Positions 25,070-38,577 of a stretch of 64,000 nucleotides of DNA are shown here, piece by piece. The position numbers and the translations under genes are program-made. The first letter of the stretch is position 1; each line of letters opens with the position of its first letter. The DNA is from Octopus sinensis. Taxonomy: Eukaryota. The DNA is taken from assembly GCF_006345805.1 (NCBI RefSeq), contig NC_043007.1, positions 5,146,001 to 5,210,000 on the forward strand, given 5' to 3'. A model generated the notes under the pieces. It did no database searches. It worked only from the letters and a program-made list of their open reading frames with translations, and was not told where the DNA came from.

Positions 25070-26255
25070 TATATTGGCTCATTTCATAAATAATGTGGTT
25101 GTTTTCAATTACATGAAAAGTCAGAGGGGGATGGGATAAACTACCTGCATCAACTTGATATAAAAGCAGGCAGTAATTTTACCTTCGTCTTATTCTTAGT
25201 GCAAGTTTTGAAGAGTGCAGTTCGATTTTAACAGTTATTTTTTCAAAGCTATAATGGAAGTGACACAGGAGCATATTTGGCATATTTTGCTTTATGAGTT
25301 CAATAAAGGCAACAACGCAATGGAAAGTGTGAGGAATATTAATGGAGTATATGGGGATTGGACAATAAGCGTAAGCCTGTGTCAGCAGTGGTTCCAGAAA
25401 TTCTGAGCTGGAAATTACAGCCCAGAAGACGAGCCTCTTCCTGGAAAATCTGTAGAGCTCAACAAGGACACCCTGCAAACCCTGATGAAACAAAATCCCA
25501 TCGTAATTTGCAGAGAAACTTGGATTTGGTCATTCAGTCATTCATCGACACCTGCGTGCCATCGGGAAACTTAGCATATTGGGTCAATGGGCTCCTCACA
25601 AACTTTCTGAGTTTAATCACACACAGAAAGTGAATGTGTGCTCTTCTTTGCTGTCATATGTCACGGATGAACCTTTTTTGGACTGAATAGTGACTGGTGA
25701 TGAGAATTGGCTTCTCTATAAAAATGTCAAGCACCAAAGACAGTGGGGAGGGAAAGGAGAAATACTGGCACCCCAGGCTGAAGAAGGTCTTCGCCCTTGT
25801 AAGGTGTTGTTATCTGTTTAGTGGGATATGAAAGGTTTAGTCCACTTTGAACTTTTAAACCCAAATCAAACGACAACAAAGGAGAGAAACGACCATCTCT
25901 GGTTTCAAGACGAAAGGTGTTCTTCCATCAGGATAATACTCAGCCACATATAGTGAAGATGACATTCCAAAGGCTGGAGCAGGTTGAATGGGAAACGTCC
26001 CACCCATTTTTGCAAGACATTGCCTCGTCTGATTATCATTTATTCTACTGTCTTCAAAATCATTTGGACGGAAAAAATATGAATTCTGTAGACAAGGTCA
26101 GAACAGTTCTAGAGGAGTATTTTTTGTAATGAACAAGTGGATTTTGGAAGAGGGGGGAGGGTGCTTGCAAGTCTACCAGATAGGTGGAAGAGTATTGCAG
26201 AAAATGAAGGAGAGTATATTTTAGATTAAAAAAGAATTTTGTTTATCTTAATTTT
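25070..26255 (+). mobile_element. Mariner (Tc1/mariner, DD34D) transposon, near full length, pseudogenised
   Basis: Fragments across frames: MEVTQEHIWHILLYEFNKGNNAMESVRNINGVYG (HTH), WVP-like, TGDE(K)W, FFHQDNTQPH, DIASSDYHLF..LQNHLDGK, L.SLPDRWKSIAENEGEYILD. Many stops and frameshifts. Confidence 0.9.
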
Positions 26256-26593
26256 ATGTATGTGTGTGTGTGTGTGCATGTATATATATGTATATATACA
26301 CACACACACATACACAACCATACAAAGGGCATCCATTCAGTTTTCCTCATTCAAAAGTTTAATCCACTTGAGGCTATGGCAGAACACAATTACCCAAAGT
26401 GCTGTGCAGTGGGATTGAACCTATAACCATGTGGATGTAAACTAAACTTCGTAATCACGCAACCATGCTTGTACCTATAGATTTAGATATTTAAAAGATA
26501 TTTCATTTCAATCACATTTCTCATAATGAATTGTAAAGTTGCATGAAATGATATACAAGCTCTTATCAGAGCTGGTCGGATGGGCAACAATAA

Positions 26594-26617
26594 TCTCTAT
26601 ATATATAAATGGCAAAA

Positions 26618-26648
<31 letters not shown>

Positions 26649-26973
26649 TTTATACAAATCCACAATTTTTCAGTTAGAGGGCTCACACTTTCTATGGTCA
26701 TTCAAAACCACCCAAGGGTGGTTGTGCACATCTTTACATTTTCCCAGTCACCCTGCAAAGCCATTAAAAAAAATCAATAGAAGTGACGTTTTTGTGAATT
26801 TTCTATCCAAAACCCAATCAAAATGCCCGAAACTTGATACGCCAATTGAATGCCAGCTAGCTGTATGTGATTGGTCGGAGATTTGGACAGTACTCGCGTG
26901 TATGTGCGCACGCACGCAGCTATATATGCATGCACTAGCACTATGACCCGGCAACGCCGGGTCATAGTGCTAG
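26594..26973 (+). mobile_element. Non-autonomous Helitron
   Basis: 5' A|TCTCTATATATATAAATGGCAAAATG(TG)n. 3' GC-rich hairpin CCCGGCAACGCCGGG ending CTAG|T. Inserted between A and T with no TSD. Confidence 0.8.
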
Positions 26974-27149
26974 TATCAAATAAATCCACAATATGTATCG
27001 ATTTCCAGGTTCTTTCTCTTCTAAAATAAAGATCATATTTTTATTGCAGACGAGATGGAAATTGAAAGTTGTGACATCCATGCATTTGCAATATTGAGCT
27101 AATGACGGATTCCCTTTTTATACGTTCATGAACTCTACTAGACATAGCA

Positions 27150-27860
27150 GTCCAAATCTTCATTCAACTCACACCCTACTGTCTTAGCTATTTCGTGACC
27201 ATGTTTCTAATGAAATACACAGCTATATATGATCCATGTTGGACAAACTCTATCAAAAAGGCTAAAGATGTCTTAACATCATTCATCAAAAACCTTCGTC
27301 AGCTGCTAACCGGTTACCTGTTTAAAGCTATGTATGGCTATCGTATGTCCACACATACAGTTTGCATCCTAGTCTGGAATACTCATTGTTTCCAGAATAT
27401 CAGTCTACTGGAAACTGTCCAGAAACATGCAACCAGACAAATATTCTCCACAAGTCACTTAACCATAACTTAAACGTGTTGCTTCATTGGGCACTAAGGT
27501 TTCGGAGTGTAGCAGTTGACTTAATAGCAGCTCACAAGATTATCTGCCATTCTTCCAACAACAACTTTGGAATCCGATCCTTTTACCAATCATTCATATG
27601 ATTATAAAATCAAAATATAGTGAAACATCCATGACTTTCGGAAACGTTTTTCATGCTCAGAATTGTCAAATTATTTGTGACGAACCAGATGGTGCAGCCA
27701 TCTGGTTCGTCAGTCCTCAGTCAAATCGTCCAACCCATGCCAGCATGGAAAGCGGACGTTAAACGACGATGATGATGATGATGATGTTAGCAATCAAGGC
27801 TCTGCCTTCTTAAAAGATTCCATGCACCCTGAAACTTTCCAACCCTATTCCTGATGTACC
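27150..27860 (+). mobile_element. CR1-like LINE 3' fragment, interrupted by a SINE at about 27680-27790
   Basis: Translates to FASLVWNTHCFQNISLLETVQKHATRQI..HL...YKIK..HDFRKRF, the CR1 C-terminal signature, with multiple disablements. Confidence 0.75.
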
Positions 27861-29270
27861 TATGCATCTTTTCCTCTTCATGGCATTTCTTCTATTCCCT
27901 TTTTCTCTCTCGTTTTATTCCGTGTCCCCTGCTCCTGGCTTTCATTGTTGTCTTCCTGCATTCTGTTCCCAATCCCAACCTTTCCCGATCAATCATAATG
28001 CACCTTAATACAAGACACATTGAGTCCATTATGGTTATTAATATTACTAGTCAACCTTCACATTCTGCCAAGTTGACTTGGCTGGCAAAAACCATTTGCA
28101 TGTGGGACTAAATGGTTATTGCCATTTCTTCTGGCTCATCACTTTCTGAGTTTAATCCCACTGAGGTTGACTTAGCCTTTCATCATGTAGGGATTGATAA
28201 AATAAAGTACCAGTCAAGTACTGGGGTTGATTTCATCGACTAACCCCTAAAACCCTAAATTTCAGCCCTTGTGCCTATTTTAGGAACAATAATTATAAAC
28301 AATTATTAATTTAATGAGAGACAATTAAGTGGGTATGTAAAATATATAAACAATGGATTCTTTCTAAAATTTATGACAGAAGTTTTAGATTTATACAGGA
28401 ACACTTTAAAATAGATGGTTTTATATCATAAAAGCTGAGATGGACACAAGTGGGTTGGTATTAAAAGGGTTAATTAATATTTAACTAGATTAACTACTTT
28501 ACATCGTTTAGAGTCATATTTCTAATATTACAACTTCAAATTCCATGACAGAAAAATAATTCAATAAAATATAAATAAAACGAAATAAATATGTGAACTG
28601 GGTGAACTGCATCTTGTCTGCAGACATTGCACCACTGTAGTAGGTGATGGAAACCATCAGCAGAGGACTGCAGTTGGCAGAGGAGTCTGTTGTCCTCAGT
28701 CAATAAACATCATCATCGTTTAACGTCTGTTTTCCATGCTAGCATGGGTTGGATGGTTCGACCAGGGTCTGGGAAGTCAGAAGGCTGCGCCAGGCTCCAG
28801 TCTGATCTGGCAGTGTTTCTACAGCTGGATGCCCTTCCTAACGCCAACCACCCTGTGAGTAATAAAAAATCATCTCCACCACCACCATCATCATCATCAT
28901 CATCATTATCATCATGTTTTATCATCTATTTTCCATGCTGGCATGGGTTGGATGGTTTGACAGGATCCAAGAGATCATAGGATAGTGCCATGATCCAATG
29001 TCTGCTTTAATATGGTTTCTATGGTTACATACCCTTCCTAGCAACAGACACTTTACAGGGTGCATTGAGTGCTCTTCTTCATGGCACCAACACTAGTGAT
29101 GTTGTCATGCAGCTTCCAACATTAAGATTCTCTCTGGACTGAGAGGGGTTTATTTGGGGCGATGAGATGTAAAAGTATGAAAGAAGGGGCCAGAACAGGT
29201 TTCCTGTTGTAGAGGAGCTACATGTTTACTCAGAGTTTAGAAGAGGAATATTTTGGTGAAACAAACTTAC

Positions 29271-29457
29271 TCAGAGCTTGGTTTTCTATCATAATAGCCA
29301 CCAGCTGTTCTTGAAGGTGGGTCAGTTGTTGCTCAAAACTCACTCTTTCTTCAGAATTAAGTGGATGAATGCATTCTGAGCGAGGTGACTCAGGTGTTCC
29401 TTGTCCTGATAAACTACTGTTTTCTCCTTCACGGTCAGCAGTTATTAATTCAAAAGT
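29271..29457 (-). CDS. GRAMD4: GRAMD4-like coding exon (187 nt, start of coiled coil)
   Basis: ttttattcag|ACT...CTGA|gtaagt. Encodes TFELITADREGENSSLSGQGTPESPRSECIHPLNSEERVSFEQQLTHLQEQLVAIMIENQAL. Phase 0 in, phase 1 out. Confidence 0.88.
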
Positions 29458-30319
29458 CTGAATAAAAGTATAAAAAAGAATATAAATCACAAATGAAATC
29501 AATACACATTCTTCTTTGTATTTTTCCATTTCCCAAACTGATACAAACTTGTTAATAATAAATCATTTTAATCAATTAATTTGAAAGCAATAAAGAAAAA
29601 AAATACCATGATCAGGGGGAATTTAATGATGTGGTAATAGGGTGATGCTGATGCTGATGTGGAAGTGGTGGTGTGAATGGTAATGTAAGGATGGTGGTGT
29701 TGATGAGAGGATAATGATGGCACTTTTGATAATAATAAAAGAGATTTGGTGATGGTGGGGCTGGAGTAATTTTGATGAGGAGCACTGACGTGGTACAAAT
29801 GATCCTGATGTTTGTGGTAGTGGTGGTGGTGGCATAAGTGTGATGGTATTGGTGGTAGTTTCCTTACTGGTGCAGATTTCGTATTAGATTGAAGAGAAGA
29901 AACAGTACGTATGGAAATTTCCAGGCAACCCTCAATTAGGGTTAGGGTTAACTAAGAGGGTAGTATTAATGTTATTAAATGTTTAATAGGTGGTGTTTGA
30001 GCAGCAGTTCCCTCACTGGCCAGCTCCTGTCAAACTGTCCAACCCATACCAGCATGGAAAATGGACATTAAATGATGATGATATACATATATACACATAT
30101 ATATATGTATATATATCATCATCATCATTGTTTAACACCTGCTTTCCATGCTGGCATGGGTTGGACAGTTTGACTGAAGACTGGCAAGCCAGAAGGCTGT
30201 ACTAGTCTCTAATGTTGTTTGGCAAGGTTTCTACAGCTGGATGCCCTTCCTAATGCCAACCACTCCGAGATTGTAGTGGGTGCTTTTTATGTGCCACTGG
30301 CATATGTGTGTGTATATAT

Positions 30320-30620
30320 ATAAATAAAATAAAATACAAAATGGGACAAGAACGCAAAACATCCAGACAACTAGATGATACAGAAAGGGACAACAAAACA
30401 TCCAGATAGACGATACAAAGAAAACAAGGACAGGTCATTCGAAGCTTTTTATCCTCAGTCAAGAACTGGACCATCCTCACAATTTTGGCTGATTAATCTT
30501 CGAATGACCTGTCCTTGTTTTTTTGTATCATCTATCTGGATGTTTTGTTGTCCTTTTTGTATCACCTAACTGTCTGGATGTTTTGAGTTCTTGTCCCATT
30601 TTGTATTTTATTTTATATAT
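30320..30620. repeat. Foldback/MITE-like palindrome with about 120-bp arms, in an (AT)n site
   Basis: Arms 30320-30444 and 30498-30620 are near-perfect inverted repeats with internal direct subrepeats (aaaacatccaga..gatac). Confidence 0.9.
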
Positions 30621-33600
30621 ATATATATATATACACACATACATAAATACACATAGACACATTGGGGGTTCTTTCAGCTTCTGTCAGCTAAATTCTCTCA
30701 GAAGGCTATGGTTGGGCTGGGGCTATAGTAGAAGGCATTTGTGCAAGGTATAACACAGTAGGGCTGAACGTAAAACCATGTTGTAAGGGAACAAACTTCT
30801 TAACTATACAACCATGCTTTTATATGTCATCATTTTTCAAATCCATTTTACATGAAGGCCAGGGTTGGATGGGTTGGGTCATCACAGTTCAAGTCAGTTT
30901 TTACCCCGAGTTTCCAAGTTACTCCTAGACAGGTTGAGAACCATCTCTTACTTGTACCTTTATTTTTAACATGGCTTTTTATGGCTGTATGCCCTTCCTA
31001 AAACCAACCACATTACCAAGTGCACTGGATGCATCATGGCACCAGCACTAAAGGGATTGTCATGTTATTGACAAGACAAGATCAAAGAGTCCTCTCAGTG
31101 CTATGTGCTATCGTTTGCTAATTAACCAACCATAATGAACAACTAACACGATAGTTATCAAGCTAATGATAATTGCATTTGATGGCATGAAAGACACATG
31201 GGTATATTTCATGCATCCCTCTTTCAGCAATGCTTACTCAGGAGAAATACAGTGCCATGGACAGAATTAGTTCACAGGAGGCTCAAATTTGCATATAGAA
31301 CCTAGGGCAATTGTTTTGAGACATTTTTTCCGTTTTGAAAATCAAAGACAGTCATAAAAATGCTTCTGCTGTTGATGCTGTTGCTAAGATGGGGAAGATG
31401 ACAACTCATTATCATAATCATTAAATAAAAAAAAAATACTCATAATAAAATAATTAAATGTAAAAAAATATTAAAAAGTTGTCTTTATTGCTTCAAATGG
31501 TTAAGATAAAGCAGAGAAAACACTTTAAAAAACGTGTTAGGAAAGAATAAAAGAAATGAATAAAGATGAAAAAACAAAATGAAGACAACCCTGCTGAATA
31601 GCGAAAAGAAAAGAAAAGAAAACGAAAAGAAGGAAAAAGACAAAAAAAAATAGGAAACATTAAGCAAAAACCTACACTAAAGTTTCTTGAAAGATGTGTG
31701 TTTAGTAATAGAAACCTATTTACCTATTTACTAAATGATTCTGTAAAGTTTCCTTTGGTAATAATGGAAGGGAGAGAGAGAGAGAGAGAGAGAGTAAGAT
31801 AAAGAAAGGAGGAAAAGAGAGAGAGACGAGAGAGAGAGGAGAGGGAGAAAAAGTGTTAAGAATTTCGACTTTGAGCCATTATAGCTGTCTGATGATGAAT
31901 CTATAAGGAATCGCTTTCCAATAAACTGGAACTAAAAACTGTTACCAAAACATTTCATTTTATTTTTCCTTTGAACTGAGAAGTAAATTATGTGGAATAG
32001 AGTTTGCTTTTGTTTGTTTTCTGTTTTTCTTTTCTTTAAGTGGAACATTGGTCAGTCATAATGTTTTGGGCTGTCGAGTGGTCATGGAGGAATGACACAT
32101 TCCAAAAATAAATCCTTGCTTACACTGTACACTACAGTTACAGCACCAACACACACACACACACACACGCACACACACACATGCAGAAAAGAAAAACCAT
32201 GTTTAGTGCCAGCGGTCAGCTGCTTTGCCCATCAATTCCAAAATCAGTGAGAAGAGGAATGTTCATGAACAACAATGGTACTGTAAAGAAAAACTTGCTT
32301 TGCAACCAAATGGTTTTGGCTTGAATTCCATTGTTTGGCACCTTGGACAAGGGTTTTCTTTCTTTTACAACAGCCCCAGACAGGATCTGAATGAAGTCCT
32401 TGGTGTGTGTGAGTGTGAAAGAGTTCCCACTCTCCAACATTGCTTTGCAATTGGTATTTGTTTGCTTATATCCCCATAACTTTGTGATTTCAGCAGAAGG
32501 GCCCAATACAATAAATGCCAGACTTAAATACTAGGGCCAACTTTTTCAGCTAAACCCTTCAAGGAGGTGCCCCAAGAATGATGCTGCAGCAAAATGACTG
32601 AAGCATCAGAATAAAAGAGCTGCTTCAAAACCTGCAGTTTCTCCACCCACCTCACACTACCACCACCACCATCATCATCATCATCTCTAACATGACTAGA
32701 ACTGCACTCTCCAAAACTGACCTATCTCTTCAAAATCATTTGAGCATGGTCATTGCCAGTGCTGCTGGACTGGCTCCCGTGCAGGTAACATATAAAAATA
32801 CCTTTTGAGTGTAATCTTTTCCAGAACCACCTGACTGGCCCCCAGTGCCAGCGACATGTAAAAAGTACCCACTACACTCTCGGAGTGGTTGGCATTAGGA
32901 AGGGCATCTAGCTGTAGAAACTCTGCCAGATCAAGATTGAAGCCTAGTGCAGCCATCTGGTTTGCCAGACCTCAGTCAAATCGTCCAACCCATGCTAGCA
33001 TGGAAAGCGGACGTTAAACGATGATGATGATGAAAATAGCATTAAGCAGCAAATGGTGAATTTTGTTGACAATTGCCAGTCAATTTTGTGTCAGATCTGC
33101 ACTTTTATAGATGTGTGGAATAAAGGAAAAAAAACAAATACCTTACTCAAGGTAAGGGTGAGAAGAAGGAAGGTCACATCTACTGTACAATAATGCTTTA
33201 ATAAGATGCACCTGTGTTACCCATTGCAGCAGGGAAACGAACATACAAATGACTGAATGAACGAAGCTTTCACAAAAAGGAGAGGAGAGATCAGCCAAGT
33301 TAACTTCAGTCTTGTTTGGAATTCCATCAATTACCATCTAGCCTCTTGACTGTCCATGGAGAGATTATCATTATCAAGGGTTTAAGTAAACTGCACAGAA
33401 CAAGTTATACAGACAATACATTGTGGGTAGAAAGTTTGATTAATAAATCACTGAAGCATGAATTTTGTTTTGTTTGAATGCTTTTCTCTCCGACAGAACA
33501 ACACTGAAACAGAACATTGTTAATGCACCGGTAATCCGTTTTTTTCTTTTTTTTTTAGAATTTGTATATTTATAGTTTCTGTTGCTATTTCTTCATCATC

Positions 33601-33736
33601 CGTGTGTGTGGTTGTTACCTCATAAAAGCCAACAAATATAAATTAGAGGTTTTATATTTATTGGCTTCCCTTAAACGGAAATCGGTTTTTCATTTTGCTA
33701 CAGTTTTGTGGCTATCTGCATTATTTTTACCTTTCG

Positions 33737-33776
<40 letters not shown>

Positions 33777-33849
33777 TGATGAAAACTCAGCTTATTTTGT
33801 TGAGTATGATGGAAAGTGTCAGCTGCTTACAACAAGGAGACTAAGGTGA

Positions 33850-34450
33850 CACTTGTTTACTGATCAAGCTTCAAGAATCCTGCTGAGAACTTGCATTCCC
33901 AAGCAATGATGTTTTTCGTAGGTGTTCTGTTTTTACATTTGTACCAATCTTTTTGAGCCACGTTGGTGGTTGAGTGCTGATACTTCCAAGCATGCCAAGC
34001 ACTACTGGTATCACGTCCACTCTCTTCATTGCCCACAATCTGTGTATTTCCCACTTCAAATTGCTATAGTTGTTCACTTTTTCTTCTTCTTTCTCTTTGA
34101 TCCTGTGGTCACCGGGACATGCTCTATCGATTATCCTGCAAGTTTTATCTTTTCTGTTCACCACAACAATGTCAGGCTTCTGATGTCTGGTCTGACGGTC
34201 CCACTGAATCATTGCACCCAACAAGATTTTGCACTCTTTATTCTCAGTAACTCTTTCTGGAAGATGTCATAGCACATCTTTGATTTTCCTAGGCCATACT
34301 TTTCACAGAACTCCCATTCTTGCCACATTGTCATCTTTTGGATTCACATTGTGCCAATTTCATGCATTCACTAACAATGTGCCTGTTTCACCTCACATTC
34401 TCCATTTGTCTCTCTCAGTTGTATCAGCAATTCTGAACTTCACATAGTTT
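33850..34450 (-). mobile_element. R4/Dong-like RLE non-LTR retrotransposon 3' fragment (restriction-like endonuclease)
   Basis: Translates to QKPDIVVVNRKDKTCRIIDRACPGDHRIKEKEEEKVNNYSNLKWEIHRLW..VDVIPVVLGMLG, carrying the PD..D..K..KY RLE motif. Confidence 0.88.
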
Positions 34451-34809
34451 GTCCCCAATGCTTGTTCTTGTGCAGCACACACAAGTGCTTCTGTCTATCT
34501 TCAGCTCACGCCTCTGCATCCATTATTATTATTATTATTATTATTATAATTATTATGATCATTATTATTTCTTATTTTCATTAGCATCTTCTTTCAAATC
34601 TGTTTCCATTTTTTGCCAAGTGTCTTCTTGACACCTAGAGCAGAAAAACGTATTTTATACATTGGTAGGCCAGTAAAATAAACACCAGATTGCTCATTTA
34701 TAAAGTCATGTGACACAGTAAAAGGGGAAGAAAGATAGAGAGAAAAAGGGGAAAAAAATAATAAAAAAGTAAAGAAATAAAATAAAGAGGGAAAAAGGAA
34801 AGAAAATTG

Positions 34810-35630
34810 ACAGTGACAATACTCTTCTCAGTATGTGTGATGTACCATTTAAGGCATTGGCAGTGGAAACCTAACAAACCTGTGCTTTGCAGAGGATATT
34901 CTCAGACTAGCGGGCTCAGAACAAGAACTGAAACAACTAGTAGAGTGCCTAGACAAGGCCTGCAAGGAATTTGGTATGGAGGTAAATGCAGAGAATCAGT
35001 ACAAACATAAGAAGCATCAGTGGAGTTGAGCTTGAACAGGTTTAGAACTTCAAATGTCTTGGGGTGATAGTGAGTGGCCAAGGTTCCAAGCCTGAAGTGA
35101 TATTCTGCATTGCCAAAACAACAGCAGCAATGACCAAATTCAGAACACTGTGAAGAGACAGAAATATCTCACTGAGCTCCAAAATTAGGCTAAAGAGATC
35201 GTTAGTGATCTCAATATTTCTGTACACCAGTGAGAAATGGAGACTGACAGCAGAAATTGAAAGAAGAATCCAGGCTGCTGAGATGTTTCAGGAGACTTTT
35301 GGGAATATCCACACAGAGATTGTGCCACAAATGAGGAAATAAAATGAAGAAAAAGGCAGGCAATGGGGTCTATTTGTGAAGAAAAGCAAGCTTTGGTGGT
35401 TTGGGCATGTCACCTGCTCATCAGAGATGGCCAAAACAATCCTTCAAGGAACAGTCAAAGGTGACAGACACAGAGGCAAGCGAAGAAAGAGGTGGGAAAA
35501 AAATGTCAGTTTGTAGACAGGCCTAAAGATGAGAGATGCATTGTGGGAGGCAGAAGACAGAGATTTGTGGGGAGAGATTTGGCTGCAAAGTCATCAGTGG
35601 TGCCCCAATGGCCAGCCAAACTACAGGATC
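34810..35630 (+). mobile_element. RTE-clade LINE 3' fragment (RT end to C-terminus), decayed
   Basis: Translates to FKCLGVIVSGQGSKPEVIFCIAKTTAAMTKF..RNISLSSKIRLKRSLVISIFLYTSEKWRLTAEIERRIQAAEM..KSKLWWFGHV..SEMAKTILQGTVKG.RHRGKRRKRW, the classic RTE C-terminus. Confidence 0.88.
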
Positions 35631-37349
35631 ACCATCATCATCGTTTAACGTCTGTTTTCCATGCTAGCATGGGTTGGACGGTTCGACCAGGGTCTGGGAA
35701 GCCAGGAAGCTGCACCAGGCTCCAGTCCGATCTGGTAATGTTTCTACAGCTGGATGCCCTTCCTAACGCCAACCACTCCGTGAGTGTAGTGGGTGCTTTT
35801 TACGTGCCACTGGCACAGGCGCCAGAGGGGACTGGCAAACAGCCACGATCGGTTGGTGCTTTTACGTGTCACTGACATGGACGCTAGTCAGGGTATCTAA
35901 TATAATGCATAGTGTTGGCTAAAATCTATAGATGTATTTTGTAATATTGTATAACATTAAATAAAACAATAAAAGAACAAACTATGCTTAGACAATGGCA
36001 AGAAAAGCCTTACATGGCTAGAACCTAGCCATGTAGCCCTACATGGCTAGAACTTAGCAAGATAGAAGAAGATGGGAGTAGATAAAGATAAAATCGGAGC
36101 ACTGTCTGAGAAGTTCAGGACTCAGAGTCTAGACTTAACAACTTTTGAATGTGACACAAGACTAATGGTTTCCCTACCAAGTGTGGGATATAATCAGTGT
36201 GTAAGGGGAACACAGAACACTTGAAGCAGTTAATCTGATCTAATTCTATATGAGTTGACATAAAATGTGTACAAAACCAATTATATAATTTGGAAGATTC
36301 ACCCAGCTATATCAATTAAAACATTGGCTGCATACCATGAAAATATGGGGAAAAAATATGCTTCAAAGGGAAAAACAACAACAATAAGAAGCATGTGAGG
36401 CTTAAAGGATATGTATAAGCCCTTGTTTTCTGTTTTGGGGTAAGTGACATGGTTCAAATAACAATGATATTGTTTATGTTCATCATAGAATATTTAAGGG
36501 CAGTGCCTGATGTATGTTTGGTGTCTCTTGTTTTTAAATGAAGATCTATATTCATAATTATAATACATGGCTGTGTGATGAGGAAGATGACGATTGCTTC
36601 CCAACCACGTGGTTTCAGTTTCAATTTCACTGCACAGCACCTTGGGCAGCTGTCTTCTACTATAGTCCCAGGTTGAACTAAACCTTGTCACTTGATTTGG
36701 TACACAGAGATCAAAAGAAGCCTGTCATGTGTGTGTATGAGTGTGTGTGTGTGTGTGTGTGTGTGTGTCTGTGTGTGTATGTATGTATGTATGTATATAT
36801 ATATGTTGGCAAACGGAATAAGGATAAGAATGTGCATTGTCCATTTGAATGGAAAATTTCTATCAGTGGCTGAAGATTGCTCGACATTTTAAAACTGATG
36901 TAATACTTACATTGTTTAATAAAATGAAGTAACATGAAACAATCGCACCACATTACCTTGGATATACTTGTTGCTTATTTTGATTATATATATATATACT
37001 TCTGTGTATGTGTGTGTGTCCATCGATCTGTCTGTCCTCATTTTGATAAGAAATGATAGCTGTAAATGAAAACCCCCCATTATACATGCAGTGTCATTCA
37101 TTTCCAATTTTCTGTGCAAGCATGTCTGACTATGAAGAAATATTATCTTGCTTGGAAAGAGCTGAGGGATGGCAAACAAGAAGGACAATCAGGCTAAAGA
37201 AAACCTGTCTCAATGAAACTTTTCACATCAACTTAATTTAGCAATAATTCCAAAATACTTAGAACGGAGAAAAAAAAACATGAAATTCAGCAAAGTAATT
37301 AAAAATATTTAAAATTAAACTTCCACATATTTTGTGTCTCTTGTTTCTA

Positions 37350-37860
37350 TGAGCCAGGCTGGTGTTCTCCTCATCTTGATTGTTACTTTCACAGTGTTTC
37401 AGCTGTTGTACCCTCCAGCTGTCTTCAGGTGTTTTGTGTTGAATCCAGTTGTGTCAGAATTTCAAACCTAACCCTTTATTTTTGATCGATAGGGGTACAC
37501 TGTTCTCATTCTGTTCTCTGCATTTCATGACCCTTTATCCTTTTCTTTGCTTCAGTTGATTTTTTGTGAAGTACTGGGCATTGTATAAGATGTTGGTTAA
37601 GGAAATGCAGTCACCTAGAGTTTCTGAGTTCAATTCCAAGTAAGGCAATAAAGTACTCCACAAAAAATCTATTCAAGTAAAAAAAAAGTCACAAAGTGCA
37701 AAGAGCAGAATGAGAACAGTGTACCCCCATCAAAGAAAGGGTTAGGTTTGAAATTCTGAGACAACAACTGAATTCAACACAAAACACCTGATGAAGGTTG
37801 GAGCATACAAAAACCAAAATACAGTGGAACCAGCAATCATGGCGAGGACACCAGTTCAAC
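37350..37860. repeat. Foldback element with about 220-bp arms, each with a decayed hammerhead-like core
   Basis: tcaggtgttttgtgttgaat..gaatttcaaacctaacccttt..ggggtacactgttctcattctg is mirrored at 37705-37792. Confidence 0.85.
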
Positions 37861-37927
37861 TAATATAAACAATATTCCTGATATTTTGAATAAATGAAAA
37901 AAAAGATAAAAGGCAAAAATTCCCTAC

Positions 37928-38197
37928 ACTTGTGTCTTCTTCATCTTTTGGGATGTTCATTTTGCCTGGACGAGAGACTTTACGATTGGATGAATTCACT
38001 GCTGGAGTCATCGTTGAACTTGGTGCTGAAGAAATTTCTTCGTCTTTTTCTTTGTCTTTTTCCTTCTCTTCCCCAATGCTGCCACCGACACCAACACTGC
38101 CTCCACAACCTGTTGCTCCCACAGCCGTGGGCCCAGCTCCCCTCTCAGATTTGTCTGCGTTTCGGAATCGAGCTCGTATGGCATTCCTCAAACTCAT
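37928..38197 (-). CDS. GRAMD4: GRAMD4-like first recognisable coding exon (exon acceptor at 38275, ATG at 38197)
   Basis: Acceptor ctcttttgttcatttgcag|ACT at 38275. The frame stays open through MSLRNAIRARFRNADKSERG...IPKDEEDTS. Phase-0 donor AGT|gtaggg at 37927. Confidence 0.75.
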
Positions 38198-38577
38198 TGC
38201 GTCTTGCAAGGATGTCTGTCTCAGCTGGTCATCCCCACATTGAAATTCATTCCAATTTAGCAATAAATTAAAAGTCTGCAAATGAACAAAAGAGATATTT
38301 AGTTTTATCATTCAAAAATAAAAATTTTGGGGAGAAAATAGAATTATATGGATTCTTTTTTTTTTGTTTTTTTAATTTGATAAAAGATGGAAGTCAATAA
38401 TAAGATATTTGAAGGTGAATGAACAGATGTATGTGTGTATATGTTTACGTATATCTGCCTCTCTGTCTGTATCAATCTCTCTCCTTCTGTGTGCACAGAC
38501 ACACACACACAGACACACACAAGTTACTGACATTATGAAGGCATTAGTACATGTGTATCAAGTGGTTATGTAACAGC

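Noticed and set aside
25215-26129. Domesticated (SETMAR-like) transposase
   Set aside because: Multiple stops, frameshifts and an internal deletion; it is a dead mariner copy.
29935-29952. TTAGGG repeats as an interstitial telomere
   Set aside because: Only about 2 units, which is expected by chance or slippage.
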